Source: Ministeria vibrans ATCC 50519 (taxonomy: Eukaryota; Protista; Filasterea). From it: 64,000 nucleotides of DNA. Under the pieces are notes generated by a model. It was not told the origin of the DNA. It did not search any database and worked only from the letters and a program-made list of their open reading frames with translations. Position 1 is the first letter of the stretch. Each line of letters opens with the position of its first letter. The position numbers and the translations under genes are program-made. The stretch lies in contig CALSCP010001486.1 of assembly GCA_943704425.1 (NCBI GenBank), positions 1 to 64,000 of the forward strand, read 5' to 3'. This document shows, piece by piece, positions 25,901 through 39,508 of this stretch.

Positions 25901-28900
25901 TCTACGCGTGAGCTCGCCAGTTGCGTCAAATCCGCAACCACAAGAGCAAGAACAATGGCGATGCCATTCGTATCGCCCATCGTAATGCACTGCTGATTCT
26001 CCCGACACGGTCCCTGACAGAACTCAGTCAATGTGACCAAACACTGGTTGATCAGACTAACGAGAGAGAAAAGAGTTGGGTTAGCAAAGAAACAACACTC
26101 AACAGATCCAAGAAAAATAAATAGATCAAAGCAACGATACATCAAACACACCAAATACATCAGAAAAATAAAAATATTAAATATTAAATAAAAAAACACA
26201 TCAATACATCGGAAAAGCAAAAAAAAACATCAATAAAAAAACACCTTAAAAACATCAGAAAAACACACCATATACATCAATGATCAAAACAATGACCAAA
26301 AACACAAGAAAAAACACCCAAAAAAGTACCGAAAATTGCGCTCGTTGATGTAGAGCCCCAGAAGACCAAATCCGCCGATGGAGGAGCCGCACATACTGTC
26401 GAGGAACTGCAGCGTGTCCTGCACTAAGTTGCACGAGTTCTTGGCGTGCGACTGCTTGCGCAACAGCGACTGCAGCGCAAGATTGTGGTTCTCGCACAGC
26501 AACTGAAGAAATCGCATAATCTCAACAATGCACTCAATCTCAGGCGTGTTCGAGTTGCTCTCCATCATCATGTCCTTCTCCGTGCCCGAAAAGCTCTTAA
26601 TCTCCAAAATCACCTGAACAAACGCCTGGTGAAGCTTGCCAAAAAAGGTCGACAGTTCGGGCACGGCAAAGATAGACTCAAACGACGACTGCAGCTGGAA
26701 GTTGCCGCCGAGCAGCAGCGCAATGCCAAAGCGAATCGACTCGATGAACACCGGTGAGTCAATGGTGCTGCCCACGGCAAGACCCACTACAAGCCGACTA
26801 GCGCCATTCGTATCGAGTGACTCCTGCACCTCCGACTGCGTCGGCTGTCGCGGCACCTGCTGCCCAAAGTACTTGCGTTGCTCGCGCAGCAACAACTGCC
26901 GCGCATCGTCGCCCAGCTGCGTCAGCTTGTCCGTGTCCAACATGCAACACAGCATGTGCAGCAGCTGCACGCACAACGACCGCTCGCCCTCGTCCATGCC
27001 ACCCGCGTGCTCAATGACACGCGCAACCAGCCCAGGCGGCTGTCGCAACAAACTCGGATTGTTCATAATCGTAATGAGCACCATCTGCTCGGCAGTGCGC
27101 AACGGCGCCATCTCCTCCGCCAAAATGCTCACAAAACGCTTAAGACCACTCACAATGTTTTGTGCATGCTCCGCATCGCCGCGCAACATACCCGTCAGCT
27201 GCATGCTGCGTCGTCGACGCAACCGCAAGAAGCCATCGGCGCCTAGGTGCGACGCGCGCGAAATGGTTGCACTCTTCTCGATCTCCTGGTGCACCGCTAC
27301 CTCAATGACAATGTTGTGACGTGTCGCGACCGCCTGCATCTCGCTCATGACCTGCATCAGACTCGTGCGCCACCCACCCACCACCCAATCCTGGCGCAAC
27401 AGCCGAATAATTCCCACCAGAATCTGCGTAAATGTCTCCGAGTGCGTCTGAAGACTCTGCGTCGGCATCGCCAGCGAAATGCCAAAGCAAAAGTGGAGAC
27501 ACTGGCAAATGGAGTCGCACACGTACTGGTTGAACAACGTCGAGTCACCCTTGTACACGGCCGAGTTGCCCGCGAGCTCAATGTCCACAAAGAAGCGCTG
27601 AAACAGCGTCCACATGTGCGCCGTGGCCGTCAGCTCCTTCACCTCAATCTCCGTGTCCGAATAGCAGTGATTCAAAAAGTCCACATACGCCTTCTTCACC
27701 TCGACCACCATCTCGGGATGGCACACCATGCGAACAATCGAGTCGAGCGGCAGCAGACTCTGGCACTTGATCTCCGTGTTCGCATTCTTGCCCTCGGTGC
27801 AGTACGCTAAAAGCTCTACAAGCGCCGCGTGGTACCGCACCTCGCTGCGATCACCCTTGGTCAGGTCGTCGCCCTGAATCAGCTGCTGAAACTGATCAAA
27901 GGAGGCGGGATCGTTGTAAAAGGCGAGCACCTCGTCGTCCGCCTGACTCAGCGCCGCCATTACCATGTCCTGCGTCTTGCGCAAACAGTGTCCCTCCACC
28001 TTGACAATATCCTTGAGAAAGTTGAGGTACGACACAAGGCGACCCTGCTTGCGAATGGCCGTCACCACCTGATTGATGATAGACTCCTTGATCGAGCTGC
28101 ACAGCGCAAAGTTGTTGAGAAACACCTGTCGCACCGTCTCCATGCCACGGTGATGCGACGATAACGTCTGCACAAACAGGTCAATGTAGCCGTGCAACAG
28201 CGTCTGGTTCTCCGCATTCTCCCGACAAAAATCCTGCAGAAACTTGTGCGCCAGATCGAACAGCTTCGCCATCGACGTGTCTGCCTTCTTGTCGTGCGGC
28301 ACTTTGAGAAGCTCAATGACGTGCACGTGCGCGCCCAAGTTGCGCAACAGACGCTGGTTCTCGTGGTTGCGCGACACGTCCTTGCTTGCGGGTGCCAAAC
28401 AGAGACCTCGCAGACGCACCAAAATGTCCGAGATGCGCAGGTAATTGTTGGCGCTCGTGACCTTGCGCGCCGCCTTGGCCTCCTCCTCGTCAATAAGCGC
28501 CGCCACACGCGCCGCCTCCTCCGAGTCGTAGATGAGGCTCGCGTCGCGACTCGACGCTGCCGTCGTCGAAACGGGTCGTGGCACGCGCGCCGCCCACTCG
28601 CTCGTTGTGGTTGCCGCCGCTGCCGTCGATTCAGCAGCACCCGAACCGCCACTACCTGCTTGCACCGCCGCCACCGCCGCTTTGGTCAGCTGCGTCGTAA
28701 TATTGTCGTCGACCTTCCCTGTCTTTTCCTTCTTGTCCTTCTTGTCCTTCTTGTCGGGACTCGACGACGCCTTGCCACCCTTTCCACTTTTGCCGTCCTT
28801 ACTGCTCTTGTTCGCCGCGTGGAACACCCACAGCTCGCTCTTCTCGACCATGACTCGCAGCAAGTCAAGGTCTTCCCGAATCTGACGGTAGTTGTCCACG

Positions 28901-31900
28901 TCGGTTGCCGACACGAGCAGCTGGACCTTCTCAAAGGACGACAACAACTCGGCACGCTGGTTGAAATGACGAATGAGCAGTTCGACAGCACCGCTCACCA
29001 CAGCCGCATTCGAGTGCATAATCAGGTCGAGCAGCACCCGAATGAGCAGCATGCCATTAGCATTGTCAAAGTCAAGCGAAACGGGCGCGGCAGCCTCGTC
29101 GCCAAATCGCATCGACGTAAAGGACGCAGTCGACGAGCGCTTCGACGAGTGACCCGAGCGGGGCGGTGGCACATGTAGCAGATGCGAGCGCGGCGATGAC
29201 AACTCGTTCGCGTCGCTCAACGGCTCCTCAAAGCTGCTCACCTCCAAAATGGGAGTCGACAAGGGTCGCGATGGCGTCAGCGGACGTGGCGTGCCCGGCA
29301 AACTCGGCGTCATGACGGGGCTGGTAAACATGCTTTCGGCTGTCTCGAGAATGCTTCGTCGCTCGTCCTCCATGCGCTCCTCCTCGCTGCGCTCAGCGCC
29401 ACTCGCTCGACCAAACAACCCCTCACTGGCACGTCGTGTTATACCCTGGACACCGCCCTCAACACCACCACCAACGCTAAACGTCGGCGTGGTACTTGCG
29501 CGTCGCACTGTCTGCGACGATAAAGACGACGACGACGACAGCGATGGAGGCGGAACCGAGTCCAACGACGCGACAGTAGGTGGCAACGGTGGCTCGGCAC
29601 CGCCTGCACGACGTCGTAGTTCTGCCAGTCGATGCTGGTGGTCCGCCGAGACACCAGTTTCGCCAGCGTTGGGTCGTCGACGGCGCAGCATCGTTGAATT
29701 GCCGGGTGGCTGGATGCCACTGCTGTTGGGTTGATCCGCCGCAGTGCTGCTGCCATTACCATTGCTGCTGTTGCTGTTGTGGGTGGAAGAAGACGGAAAG
29801 GAGCTGGTCAGGGTAGTCGATGACTCGTTCTCGTCCTCGACCAGCGTTGTGGAGACTGACGGGGCGCTTCGAGGAAAGGCACCCTCAAATGAAGCAAAGG
29901 AGGATCGTGATGATGTTGCGCCCTTGTGCTCCTGCGACTCCTCTTCGCGCTCGCGTGCATGCATGCGTCGTCGGTAGATGGCAAGCAGGTAGGAGATGCG
30001 ATAGTCGAGACGCACGTCGGAGACAAACGAGATGATCTCGAGAATTTTCACCTTGGTCGTCATGACGGTGAGACTCGAGCGAACACCCTGAAGGCGCGCC
30101 AAAGCTGCGTTGCGCCCCACCTCGTTGATAAGTCGACACAGCATGGGCATGGGCCGTCCAGCATCCGCAAAGGCATCGCTGGACCGGTCGAGAGACAGGC
30201 GTCGACGCACCGCGCCCCACTTGTTCAAGGGCGGCGCCAACTCTGCCACCGTGGCGGTTCGACGTCGTTGTGGTGTCTCAGACGCCGCCGTCGCAGTGGA
30301 CGCGGTCGCAAGCGAGTCAAACGACATCGACACTGCCGGCGGTACGGGACTTGAACGACCGGTCTTGGACGAAAGCGAGACGTCGGTGTACTCGGGTGCC
30401 GAGACAGAGCCCGCAACGGTAAGTCGCGAGATTTTGCGCTCCATCGTTTGCAAGGGAGACTTAGCGGCAGCGGCAGCGGCAGCCGACTCGCGTGCTTCGC
30501 GAGCTGTCTCCTCTTTGGCGTCTGCTTCGGCCTTCGAGGCCGCCTCCGCCGCGGCACGAGCTGCAATTGTCGCCATTGAAGACGTGCCATCAGGGTCGTC
30601 GTGGTTCACAAGCGCCGCCCTGCCACCACTTCCGCTACCACCACCACTGCTGCTGCCACCGTTGGTGCTGCCCGCGTCGGGATTGCTCGCCTTGAGGAGC
30701 GACAAGAAGGAGTTGCGATTCTTGCCGCGACGACGGCCAGGCTCGGAAGCCGCCTGCATAGAGACGGAATCAAAGGCGGCACGGGCAGCGGCAAAGGCAC
30801 CCACGTCCGACTCGGTGGCGGTGTTGGCAACAATGTTGGCAATCTCAAAAGCTCGACGGGAGTTGTCAAGAATGCCCAAGAGCAGGCCCGACAACTGGAT
30901 GAGCTCGGTGAAGTTGTAGAAGCCAAAGTAGACGAGGTAGCGCGCAAGGGTGATCACCTCAAGTGTCAACTTGTTCTTGTTGGCGTCGTCAAACGACTCG
31001 GGCTGACCCTCGAGCGCACGCAAATAGGCACCCACAAACGACTTGGTCTCGCTAAAGGTCGCTGCCTCGCGCGCCGCTGACATCTCGTACGTGTCAACCG
31101 AAATAAGCACGGGCACGTCGGTCCACAGACGCGCGTACTCGACGGGCGTCACTGTCTCCTGGGGATCGCAGTCGACGTGCATGTGCAGCATGAGACGGCA
31201 AAAGGACGCGCGCAAGTCGTAGGGTAGGCGCTCGTCGGACATGCAGCGCAGAAGAAGGGACACATCGATGCGCGACTTGAGAGCGTTGATGGCAATGTAC
31301 TGACGATCAAGACACATTTGCGAGAAAAGATCGAGCTGCGCGCGGTAGTAGTTGAGAGTGGCGACGGTTGCTGGGTCCGGGCTGGGACCAGCCGTCTGCG
31401 CGACGAGCAATTGGAGTTCGCGGGAGACGCGCGCGCCCGGCGAGCGTGTCCACGTGAGCACCACACGATCGCCGTCGTGGAGTTCGGTGGCAATGAGAAT
31501 GTCTTCGTTCTCGGGGGCGAGCACGGCGACACAGATAAGCTCCTGCGTAACGGGAATCGCCTGGTTGTTGACCATTTTCGAGTCTTGGATGTAGCACAAG
31601 TCGGTGAGATACTGGACGTAGCGAGAGTCCTTGCGCTCGCGGATGAGCTTGATGAAGAGATCAATTTCCTCCTTGCGGATGTTCGCCTCGAGCAACTTGC
31701 GGTTGTTGTTGAGCAGCGCCGTGATGGTGTCCTCGGCGAGCATGTCAAGACCAATCTGACGTTGCATAAACTGCAGATTCTTAGCAATAGTCTCCTGGTT
31801 CTTGCGGTAGTTTTGTTGCGAGTGGCGCAGCAGACGGTAGCACAGGCGACAGAGATTGCGCAGCATGGTCCATTGTTGCTCGCCAATGTCACGCATGGCG

Positions 31901-34280
31901 AGAAGCTTGCCGCCGCAGCCTTCGTCGGTAAAGGGTGCCTTGAGAATGGCAAAAATCTCCTCGAGAACATTCTGCTCGCGCATGAGCTTCTGCCGGTCGC
32001 GACTGGGCTTGCCGTGGATGAGAATGGGGTCGCACTCCTCGGAGCCCTCGACTTCGAGCACAAAGAAGATAAGGTCGCCGAGCAGCTTGATGGCAATCTT
32101 GAGCTCGCGCTGAGTCATGATGCCGGCCTGGAAGCTCTGGCGGATGGTGTTGAGCAGCTTGCTGGCATCGTTTGCAAAGTCGAGGTCGCGCACCTCGTAG
32201 GCGGGCACGGGCACAATGGCAAACGCCTCTTGGTCGTCAAGCTCGGGAGTGCAGCCAACTTCCTGCATGACAGGCTTCTCCTTGTCCACGTCAATGATGG
32301 TCACCGTCGAGTGCACCCATGTGTTCGAGTCGTAGTGCTTGAGACGCACATACGATGCCTTGGCGACTTCGTCGTCGGGTGCGTGGATGGTTGTCGCGTG
32401 CAGCTCGAACACGGTCGACGTGTCGTGGCGGTCTTCGCGCATGGCCAGACGCATGCTCATGATATGCGATGGGGGCGGCAGGTCGGAGGCCGAAGCCGAG
32501 GCGGACACGGGTGCTGGAGCAACAGCAGCAGTCCGTTGGTGTGGTTGTGCACTCAAGGGAGCGGTGGCACCGGCGGCCGCAGCTGCATGGGTAGCGGCCG
32601 CCGTCGTTGCCGTGGTGCGCAAGTTGACGGCACACTCGTCGTCGGACGACAAAGAGCCATCTACAACTGCCTCAAGGGGCTCGGCACAGAGATACTCACC
32701 GGTGGCGAGATGTTTGAAGCGGAAGAGGGAGCGCCAGGTGCCGAGGCCGCCGCGACAGGGATCCTCGTTGACAACCTCGACTTCCCAGAGTGCCTGTGAC
32801 GACGTCGCCGACGTCTTGCTGCTGCGACCCGTGATGCGCAGGAAGACGGCGAGGCCGTCGCGGTAGCGATCGCACGTAAGAAACTTTTCGTGTTCGCTGT
32901 GGAAAAGGCGCACGACATCGCCGCCCTTGAGCATCTGCTCGGCGTCCTTGTGATGCTCGAGGAAGAGAGAGATACGCCACGGGGTGCGCCCGGCCGCGTT
33001 GACTTCGTAGCACGCCGTGTGATCAATAAGCTGACAACTGCTGGCATGTAGACTGTGTTGGTTGTTGTTGTTGGACACGAGCAGCACTTTGTCCGAGATG
33101 AGCACTTCGTCGCCCAGCGAGCGCAGCTTGTAGTGCGGCATGATCGAAAACCACGACCCCTCGTTGCCCGTCGCGTCCAGCAACACTCGCATTGCATTCT
33201 TTTCCATCAGCGCTGGCAGTCGCGCGTTGACCGTCACAAACTTGTTGCTCTTCGTGTGCAACAACTAAAGTGAAAGAGAATAAAAATAAAAATTAATGAT
33301 GATTAATTTGTGTTTTGAGTGTTTGGGGTTTGCTTTGGTTTGTTATTAGATCAAAAACCCACCTGAAAGACGTAGCCATACTTGACAACGTCACCAACAC
33401 ATGTCTCGCGGTCTTCGGCATTGGCCTTGCGCTCGACCTCGGCCGCTTGCTACAAAACGACACGAATAAGCTTAGACAGGAACAGTCTCACAAAAACAAA
33501 ACCTGAAGCTTTTTGAGCAGGAGTGCATCGGACATGGTCGAACTCTGTGATTTGGCCTTGCGGTACTGTTCTTGAGCAGTGTAGCGAAGCATGGGACAGA
33601 TTTTGAAGTGACAATCTACGAAAAAACAAGAAAAAAAAACACACACACACGCACACAGAGGGTTCGGAAGAATTAGCGCGGCGTGTGCGTCCCAATCGCC
33701 TCCATCGTACCTCTAAACTTCTTTGGAATGTTATAGGTGTCGCCAGCGCCCGGCTGGATGACGCAGCGCCCGTCAATGAGGCCGAGCGTGCTCAGGAAGC
33801 CGTGGACTTCGCCGTCAGCGAACAGCGAGACAATGTCGCCGGTGCGCAGGAATCTGGGGATGGGCGCATTCTTGGTCTTCTGCGGCGGACGGAGGGGGGA
33901 GGGGGAGGGNNNNNNNNNNNNNNNNNNNNNNNNNNNNNNTTTTTTTATTGGGTCATTGTTTTATGGAGATATCTTTGACATATTGAGTTGGGTTTGGCAG
34001 ATCAACACACATCGTTCCGTACCGTTCGCTGTGTCACGGGCTCGTTTTCAAGGCCGGCTCTGCTCCCTCTGGCAGACGAGCTTACAGGCAGCTCGGAGGC
34101 GGTCGCGCGACGCTGGACGTGTGGCGAGTCGCTGCAAAGTGAGGCGAAAGTGAGTTTGGGGGGTTGGTTGCGGGAGGGTTGCCGACGGGGGCAGGCGGCG
34201 GAGTTGACGAGGAAGCGAGGGCGTTCAATGGGGGGACTGAGGAGGCGCGGGCGAGACGAGGGAGAAGCAGAAAAGGTCAT
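22941..34280 (-). CDS. ITPR: Inositol 1,4,5-trisphosphate receptor Ca2+ channel
   Basis: [10 protein letters not shown] suppressor start; MIR region; IP3-ligand motifs [22 protein letters not shown]; [11 protein letters not shown]; LTEFCQGPC; pore [10 protein letters not shown]; [17 protein letters not shown]; CFICG zinc finger; first exon (34280-34021) less certain. Confidence 0.97.
33910..33939. other. Assembly gap (N run) in the first ITPR intron
   Basis: Ns. Confidence 1.
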
Positions 34281-34565
34281 GTTGACGTGTGCTTGAAGTT
34301 AACCTCATAATCCGGAATGGGCTGCTGTGCCGATGGAAGGAACGCGACAGGGAAGAGAAAGAGACCACACAATAGGGAGAGAGAGAAAAATAAGGAAATA
34401 CAGGAAAATAAAATGAATAATATGAAAATTAATAAGAATTAATGTTGTTTGGAGCAAAGTTGAGAAATAATTTTAATATAGACAAAGTAGTAGGTGCGTA
34501 TGGGCAGCCAAGAAGAGCGTGGTAAACTCGTGATGTCAATTGTAAAAGGAAAAAAAACACACACA

Positions 34566-35851
34566 TTAGACGTAGATGCGGGGAACACGGGGGGTGATGG
34601 TACAGGTAACTTCGTAGGTGATGGTATCCCATCGGTCGGCAAGGACGCTGCAGGAAAGCGCACCGCCCAGGACGGTGACAGGGCAGCCGACAAGGGAGCA
34701 GGGGTCGTCCTTGAGATGAACGGGGAGGGGGTCGAGGAGTACGAGGCACTGGTCCATGCAGACGCGTCCGACGACAGGGCATTCTGTGTCGTGGACGAGG
34801 ACCGTGTTGCCGTCGGTGCGCCGATAGCCGTCGCCATAGCCGAGCGGGATGGTCCCTATGAGCGCCCCGTCACTTGTTGTGTGGTATCGGTGCGAGTACG
34901 AGAGACCCGTGTTGCAAGGGACCCGTTTGACGTGCGTCAGTTGGGTGTACCACGAGAGAGCCGGCGTAAACTCCGCGTCAGGCAAGGGCAAACTGGGCGC
35001 CGGGTCCAGGCCGTAGATCGCGATCCCGGGGCGGATCAGGTCGGCGTGGACCGCGGGTCGTGAGAGCGAACACGCTGAATTGGAGGCGTGCACTAGAGGA
35101 GGGCGCAGGTTGGCGCTCTCGAGGGCGCCCACAATGGAGGCCCAGCGGTCCTCCTGCTCGCCGTTAACGGGCGAGGGCGGGTCGTCGGCACACGCAAAGT
35201 GCGTAAAGACACCTTGGAAGTGTGTGTCGGGATCGCGTGTCATGTCGCCGGCGAGACTCAGGATCTCGTCAAGGTCTCGCAGCCCCAGGCGGCCCATGCC
35301 TGTGTCGACTTTGAGATGCAGCGACGCAACCATTCCCACGGCACGACTCGCAGCACGCGCTTGCTCATAGTGATCGCGCGACGAGACGGTGAACGCCACG
35401 TCGCTGGCTATCAGAGACTGCATCGTGCTCTCCGGCGACACCCCCATAACTAGGATTGGTATTCTAGTGTTGAAGACGCGCACGAACTGTGAGTGTCAGT
35501 CAACACGCGATGGAGATTGTGTGTGTGTTTCGTGCGCACCTTTGCGACAGCTCGCGACTGAGCTCCAGCGCTTCGTGAGCACGCGCCACTGCTAACCAAG
35601 AGGCACCGCCCGCAACAGCAGCATTTGCCACGTGTCCGACGCCGTGCCCATACGCATTGGCCTTGAGAGAGGAGGAGATTGAATTGAAACAGTTTGGTCT
35701 TCGAGTGTCGTCGTACTTTCACCACCGCCATAATCTTGGCACCGGTAGGCTTGAAGGCGCGGACATTCTGTTCAATGGCCGAGGTATCCACTAAAGTAAA
35801 CGTATCGTGTTGTTTCAACAGGCGGCGGATTAGTGGGGCGCGAGCGAGCAT
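34566..35851 (-). CDS. alr: Bacterial-type PLP-dependent alanine racemase with 2 spliceosomal introns
   Basis: Spliced AVVK|ANAYGHG (PLP lysine), HLKVDTGMGRLG, GVFTHFACAD, HASNSA, IRPGIAIYG, GLSYSHRY (second catalytic Tyr), GYGDG, VGRVCMDQ, TITYEV, RVPRIY. Confidence 0.95.
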
Positions 35852-35958
35852 TGGAAATAAATGGGTTTGTCATTTGTGATTGAAAATTGAAAATCATTAA
35901 ATCAATTATTGGTAATAATACTATAATAGTATTTTTCTTGTTTTATAGTAGGGGTGTG

Positions 35959-36616
35959 ATGCCGTTTTATGAAATCACTACCATCTTGCGGCGGTCCGCT
36001 CGACCGGTATATTTCCAAATTGAAATGAACAATAGGTTTTGACAACATGTTTCGATCTCGCTTGCTTTGGGCTCCTAGACGGACGTGGCACACATCACCC
36101 GCACTGCGCTAGGCCAGCTGAAGGAGGCCGGTGGAGTTCTTCGTGGGTTTGAGGTGCGAGCAATGAGTTTTTTTTCTTTTTTCTCTTTTGTGAATCCGTT
36201 TTGTCTCTCTCCTTTCTCTGTAGAGCACTGCTCTTCGTAAGCTTCCGTACCGCATGAGAGGCAGCGACCGAGAGTGGCATTCGGAAGGAAGGTACGTGCT
36301 GAGCAGGGTCGTGCGTCCCAACGAGTGATGTGTGATCTTCTCAGATGGTTCTCAATGCATCTCGTTGCAAACCCGAAAACAATGGAGAGAGTCTATTCGT
36401 CGGTAAGACACCCCCACCCATCCAAACCCACCCCCTCCCCTCTCCTCTGCCCTGGGCGTGTCTTGCGCTGCGTGGGCATTCTTCAATACGTTTCTCTCCC
36501 TTCCCCTTCAGGTGGCAGCCAATGCGAACATCGTCCGAGCGACCAGATTGCGATCGCGTGCCCCGTACCTCGGAGACGCCCCTGTGCGAAATCCCTGTGT
36601 CAAACCGAAGCAGTAA
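35959..36616 (+). CDS. MRPS6: Mitochondrial ribosomal protein S6 (5 exons; not visible as an ORF)
   Basis: Splicing gives MPFYEITTILRRSARP-TDVAHITRTALGQLKEAGGVLRGFE-STALRKLPYRMRGSDREWHSEGR-WFSMHLVANPKTMERVYSS-VAANANIVRATRLR. Confidence 0.88.
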
Positions 36617-36660
36617 GCAGGGTGATTTGAGAGATGTCAGGGAGAAGGGAACTGACTAAA

Positions 36661-36695
<35 letters not shown>

Positions 36696-37123
36696 TTAGA
36701 GTCACGTTTGCTGTTAAGAGCGACCTACCTCCGAGTTACAACTGAGAATGTGAAAACTACGATGAGTTTAGAAGTCATCACTTCCAAAAAAAAAAAAAAA
36801 ACTCGACAGAGCTGTACAAATCAAATACAAAATTTAATAATGTGAAATGGAGATCAAGATCATTTATTACTGACTTCACACGACTTGTTCGTGTTTGATA
36901 CAACTCACACAAGGCGAGTTGGTACTGGTGAGTGGTGATGTTGTGTCGGACTCAGTCGGAGGAGTGAAGGAGTGTGAAATTTGAATCACCTCCACTCTAA
37001 TGCCTCATCCAACCACAGTCCAACATAGTAAGTAGGTCGTGATTAAATATTTTATTCGATTTACGATTATAAAAATTATTTTTCTGTTTTTATTGTTTCT
37101 TCTTTAACTTTTCTCATCGTCGG

Positions 37124-39473
37124 ATGATCATTGTTCGAGGCTTGGCAACAATGGCACGCCGAGGGATGGGCCGTCCGGAGCGAGTGTTGCCCGTGGTTGA
37201 GATGAGACGGACGGACGGATCGCTGGGCCGCTCTGCGCGTGCACGGCTGGCGCGCGAGAAGCGGGCCGAGCAAGAGCGCTTGGGCGTCAAGGTGGAAGCG
37301 AAGCCGCGGGTGTGGAGCAAGCAGTCGACTTCACAGGCGAAACTATCTGAGCGAGAAAAGCTGCGATTGAAAGAGGCACGGCGAAGTGCGCGACTCGCCA
37401 GCACCAATGCCGTTGTCGACGACACCCGCCTTGCCTTTCAGCATCTGGGCCTTGACGGGTCCTTGCGCAGCCAGCTGACCGCCATCGGCATTGAAAAACC
37501 CACTGCCATCCAGGTAGGAGGGGACACGACTGAGATGGTTTGGACCGCACACACTAACACCTTCTCGGAAAGACTTTGGCCATTCCCGAGATCCGCAAAG
37601 GGACCAACGTACTAGCCGCAGCAGAGACAGGTATCCAAGTGTCACACACACACACCCACACACTCTCTCTATCACTTTGTTTCTTTCTTTCTCCTCTCTC
37701 TATCACTTTGTTTCTTTCTTTCTCCTCTTCACTTTGTTTCTTTCTTTCTCCTCTTCTCTATCACTTTGTTTCTTTTTTTTTCTCCTCTCTCTCTATTACT
37801 TTGTTTCTTTGTTTCTCCTCTCTCTCTCCCTCTCTCTCGTGTGTGTGTGTGTAACGCGACTGTCTTCTTCATCCTCTCAGGTTCGGGCAAAACGTTGATG
37901 TATCTGCTTCCGGTGATTGAGCGGATTCGCGCGCACAAAACGGCTCTTCCGGCGGGTACTGCTCTGCGTCTGCTGCGTCCCCTTGCGATTGTGGTCGTTC
38001 CAAGCAAAGAGCTTGCCGGCCAAGTATACGTAAGACAACATAAATAAACGAGCTTGTTTGATGATTGTTTTGCACGATAGGAAATGTGTGTGAAAATAGC
38101 GAAACCACTGGGGGTGCGTGCAACTCTTCTTACAACAACTCGCGATCCGGTCACTTTATTTATGTTTTATTTGTTATTGTTTTTTGATACTAATTTTTTT
38201 TGGATGTGCCTTTGCGTGGTCTTCTTCTTCTTCTTCTGGGGGGGGGGGGTGGTTTAGGCTCTGCTGAAAAAGTCCCTTGAGCGACCATTTGACATTGCCA
38301 TTGGAACCCCACTCAAACTCATTTCTTTGATGGAAAACAGTAAGGCCAACACGCAACAAAAATTTTCCAAAACAACGTGAGAGATTAAGCATGTGTGATT
38401 ACAACAGAGAAGCTATACTCGACGGACGCACAGTGTGTGGTGTTGGACGAGGCAGACACACTCTTCGACGAGACATTTAGACATGATATTGACGCTCTTA
38501 TTGGCGAACTTCCCGTACGCACACACACACCCTCTAGCTGCAATGTCGCTCTCACACACACTCACACACACTCAATGGCACTCGAACACACGGCACTCGA
38601 ATACACTTGCATTTGATGGCACTTGCACACACTCGCACTTTATGGTGCACACTCACACACTCACTCAACGCCAATCACGCCCTTATCCGATGCATATTAT
38701 TCTTTCTCTCTCAACGTCAATCACACACACACACAACACACTCTTACCCCCCGGTTTGGTCTCAATCATTTCTCTCAGGAACGACGCACCGGTCTTCAGT
38801 TTGTTGCGTGCAGTGCCACAATGAGTTCAGCCCTCAAGGCCTTTGTTCGCGATCGTCTCTCTGTACGGCACACACACACTCTCTCACATTGCACACGATC
38901 TGAGTCGTTCTTTTTGTATTTTATGTAGAATAGTACCGTTGTGACGACAGAGTCACTGCATCGAGGTCTACGCAACATTGCTTACCGGTTTGAGCACCTT
39001 GTGGGTCGCACTGGTCGCGAAGGTAGTCAGCCACACGCAGACACGCTTACGCTGATTGTTTGCATTGCAGACGAGACTGTGCGTCTTGCCAAGGCACTGG
39101 TGGATCGCAAGCAGCGTAGGCAGTATGCGCACACAATGGTGTTCTGCAACACGAGCGAGAGTGCCAAGTGGCTATGGGCGACACTGCGCAAGCACATGGC
39201 TGAGCACTTGCGGAATGCGGGACACACTGGCGCAGGGGATGTGACTGAAGGCCTTGTGGGTGCGGGCCAGGAGGGCCTTGTGAATGAGCGCGAAATTGCA
39301 AGGATGCGGCGTGTGAGACAGCAGTTTGAAGGGACCTTGGCGTACGACGTGGCGGACCATGTGCCTTTCGTGCTGCTCACGACGAGTAAGCTGAGTGCTC
39401 GCGAGCGTCGTGCTGTCTGGAAAGCCTTCACACAGCTGCCATTGGATGGTGTGGTGAACAATAGCAATGTGAA

Positions 39474-39508
<35 letters not shown>

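Noticed and set aside
26446-33197. Many long antisense or alternate-frame ORFs over ITPR (e.g. 31318-32799, 493 aa), and similar ones over PSMD2, SHKBP1 and the ankyrin gene
   Set aside because: Shadow ORFs caused by GC-rich codon bias; no recognisable motifs
34566-35851. alr as bacterial contamination or chimeric contig
   Set aside because: Two GT-AG introns in host style (one with AC repeats and a CTGAC branch site), host-like AT-rich flanks, and no neighbouring bacterial genes
37631-37638. GTATCC donor in DDX28 as a possible U12-type intron
   Set aside because: Continues AA rather than TT; no TCCTTAAC branch site seen
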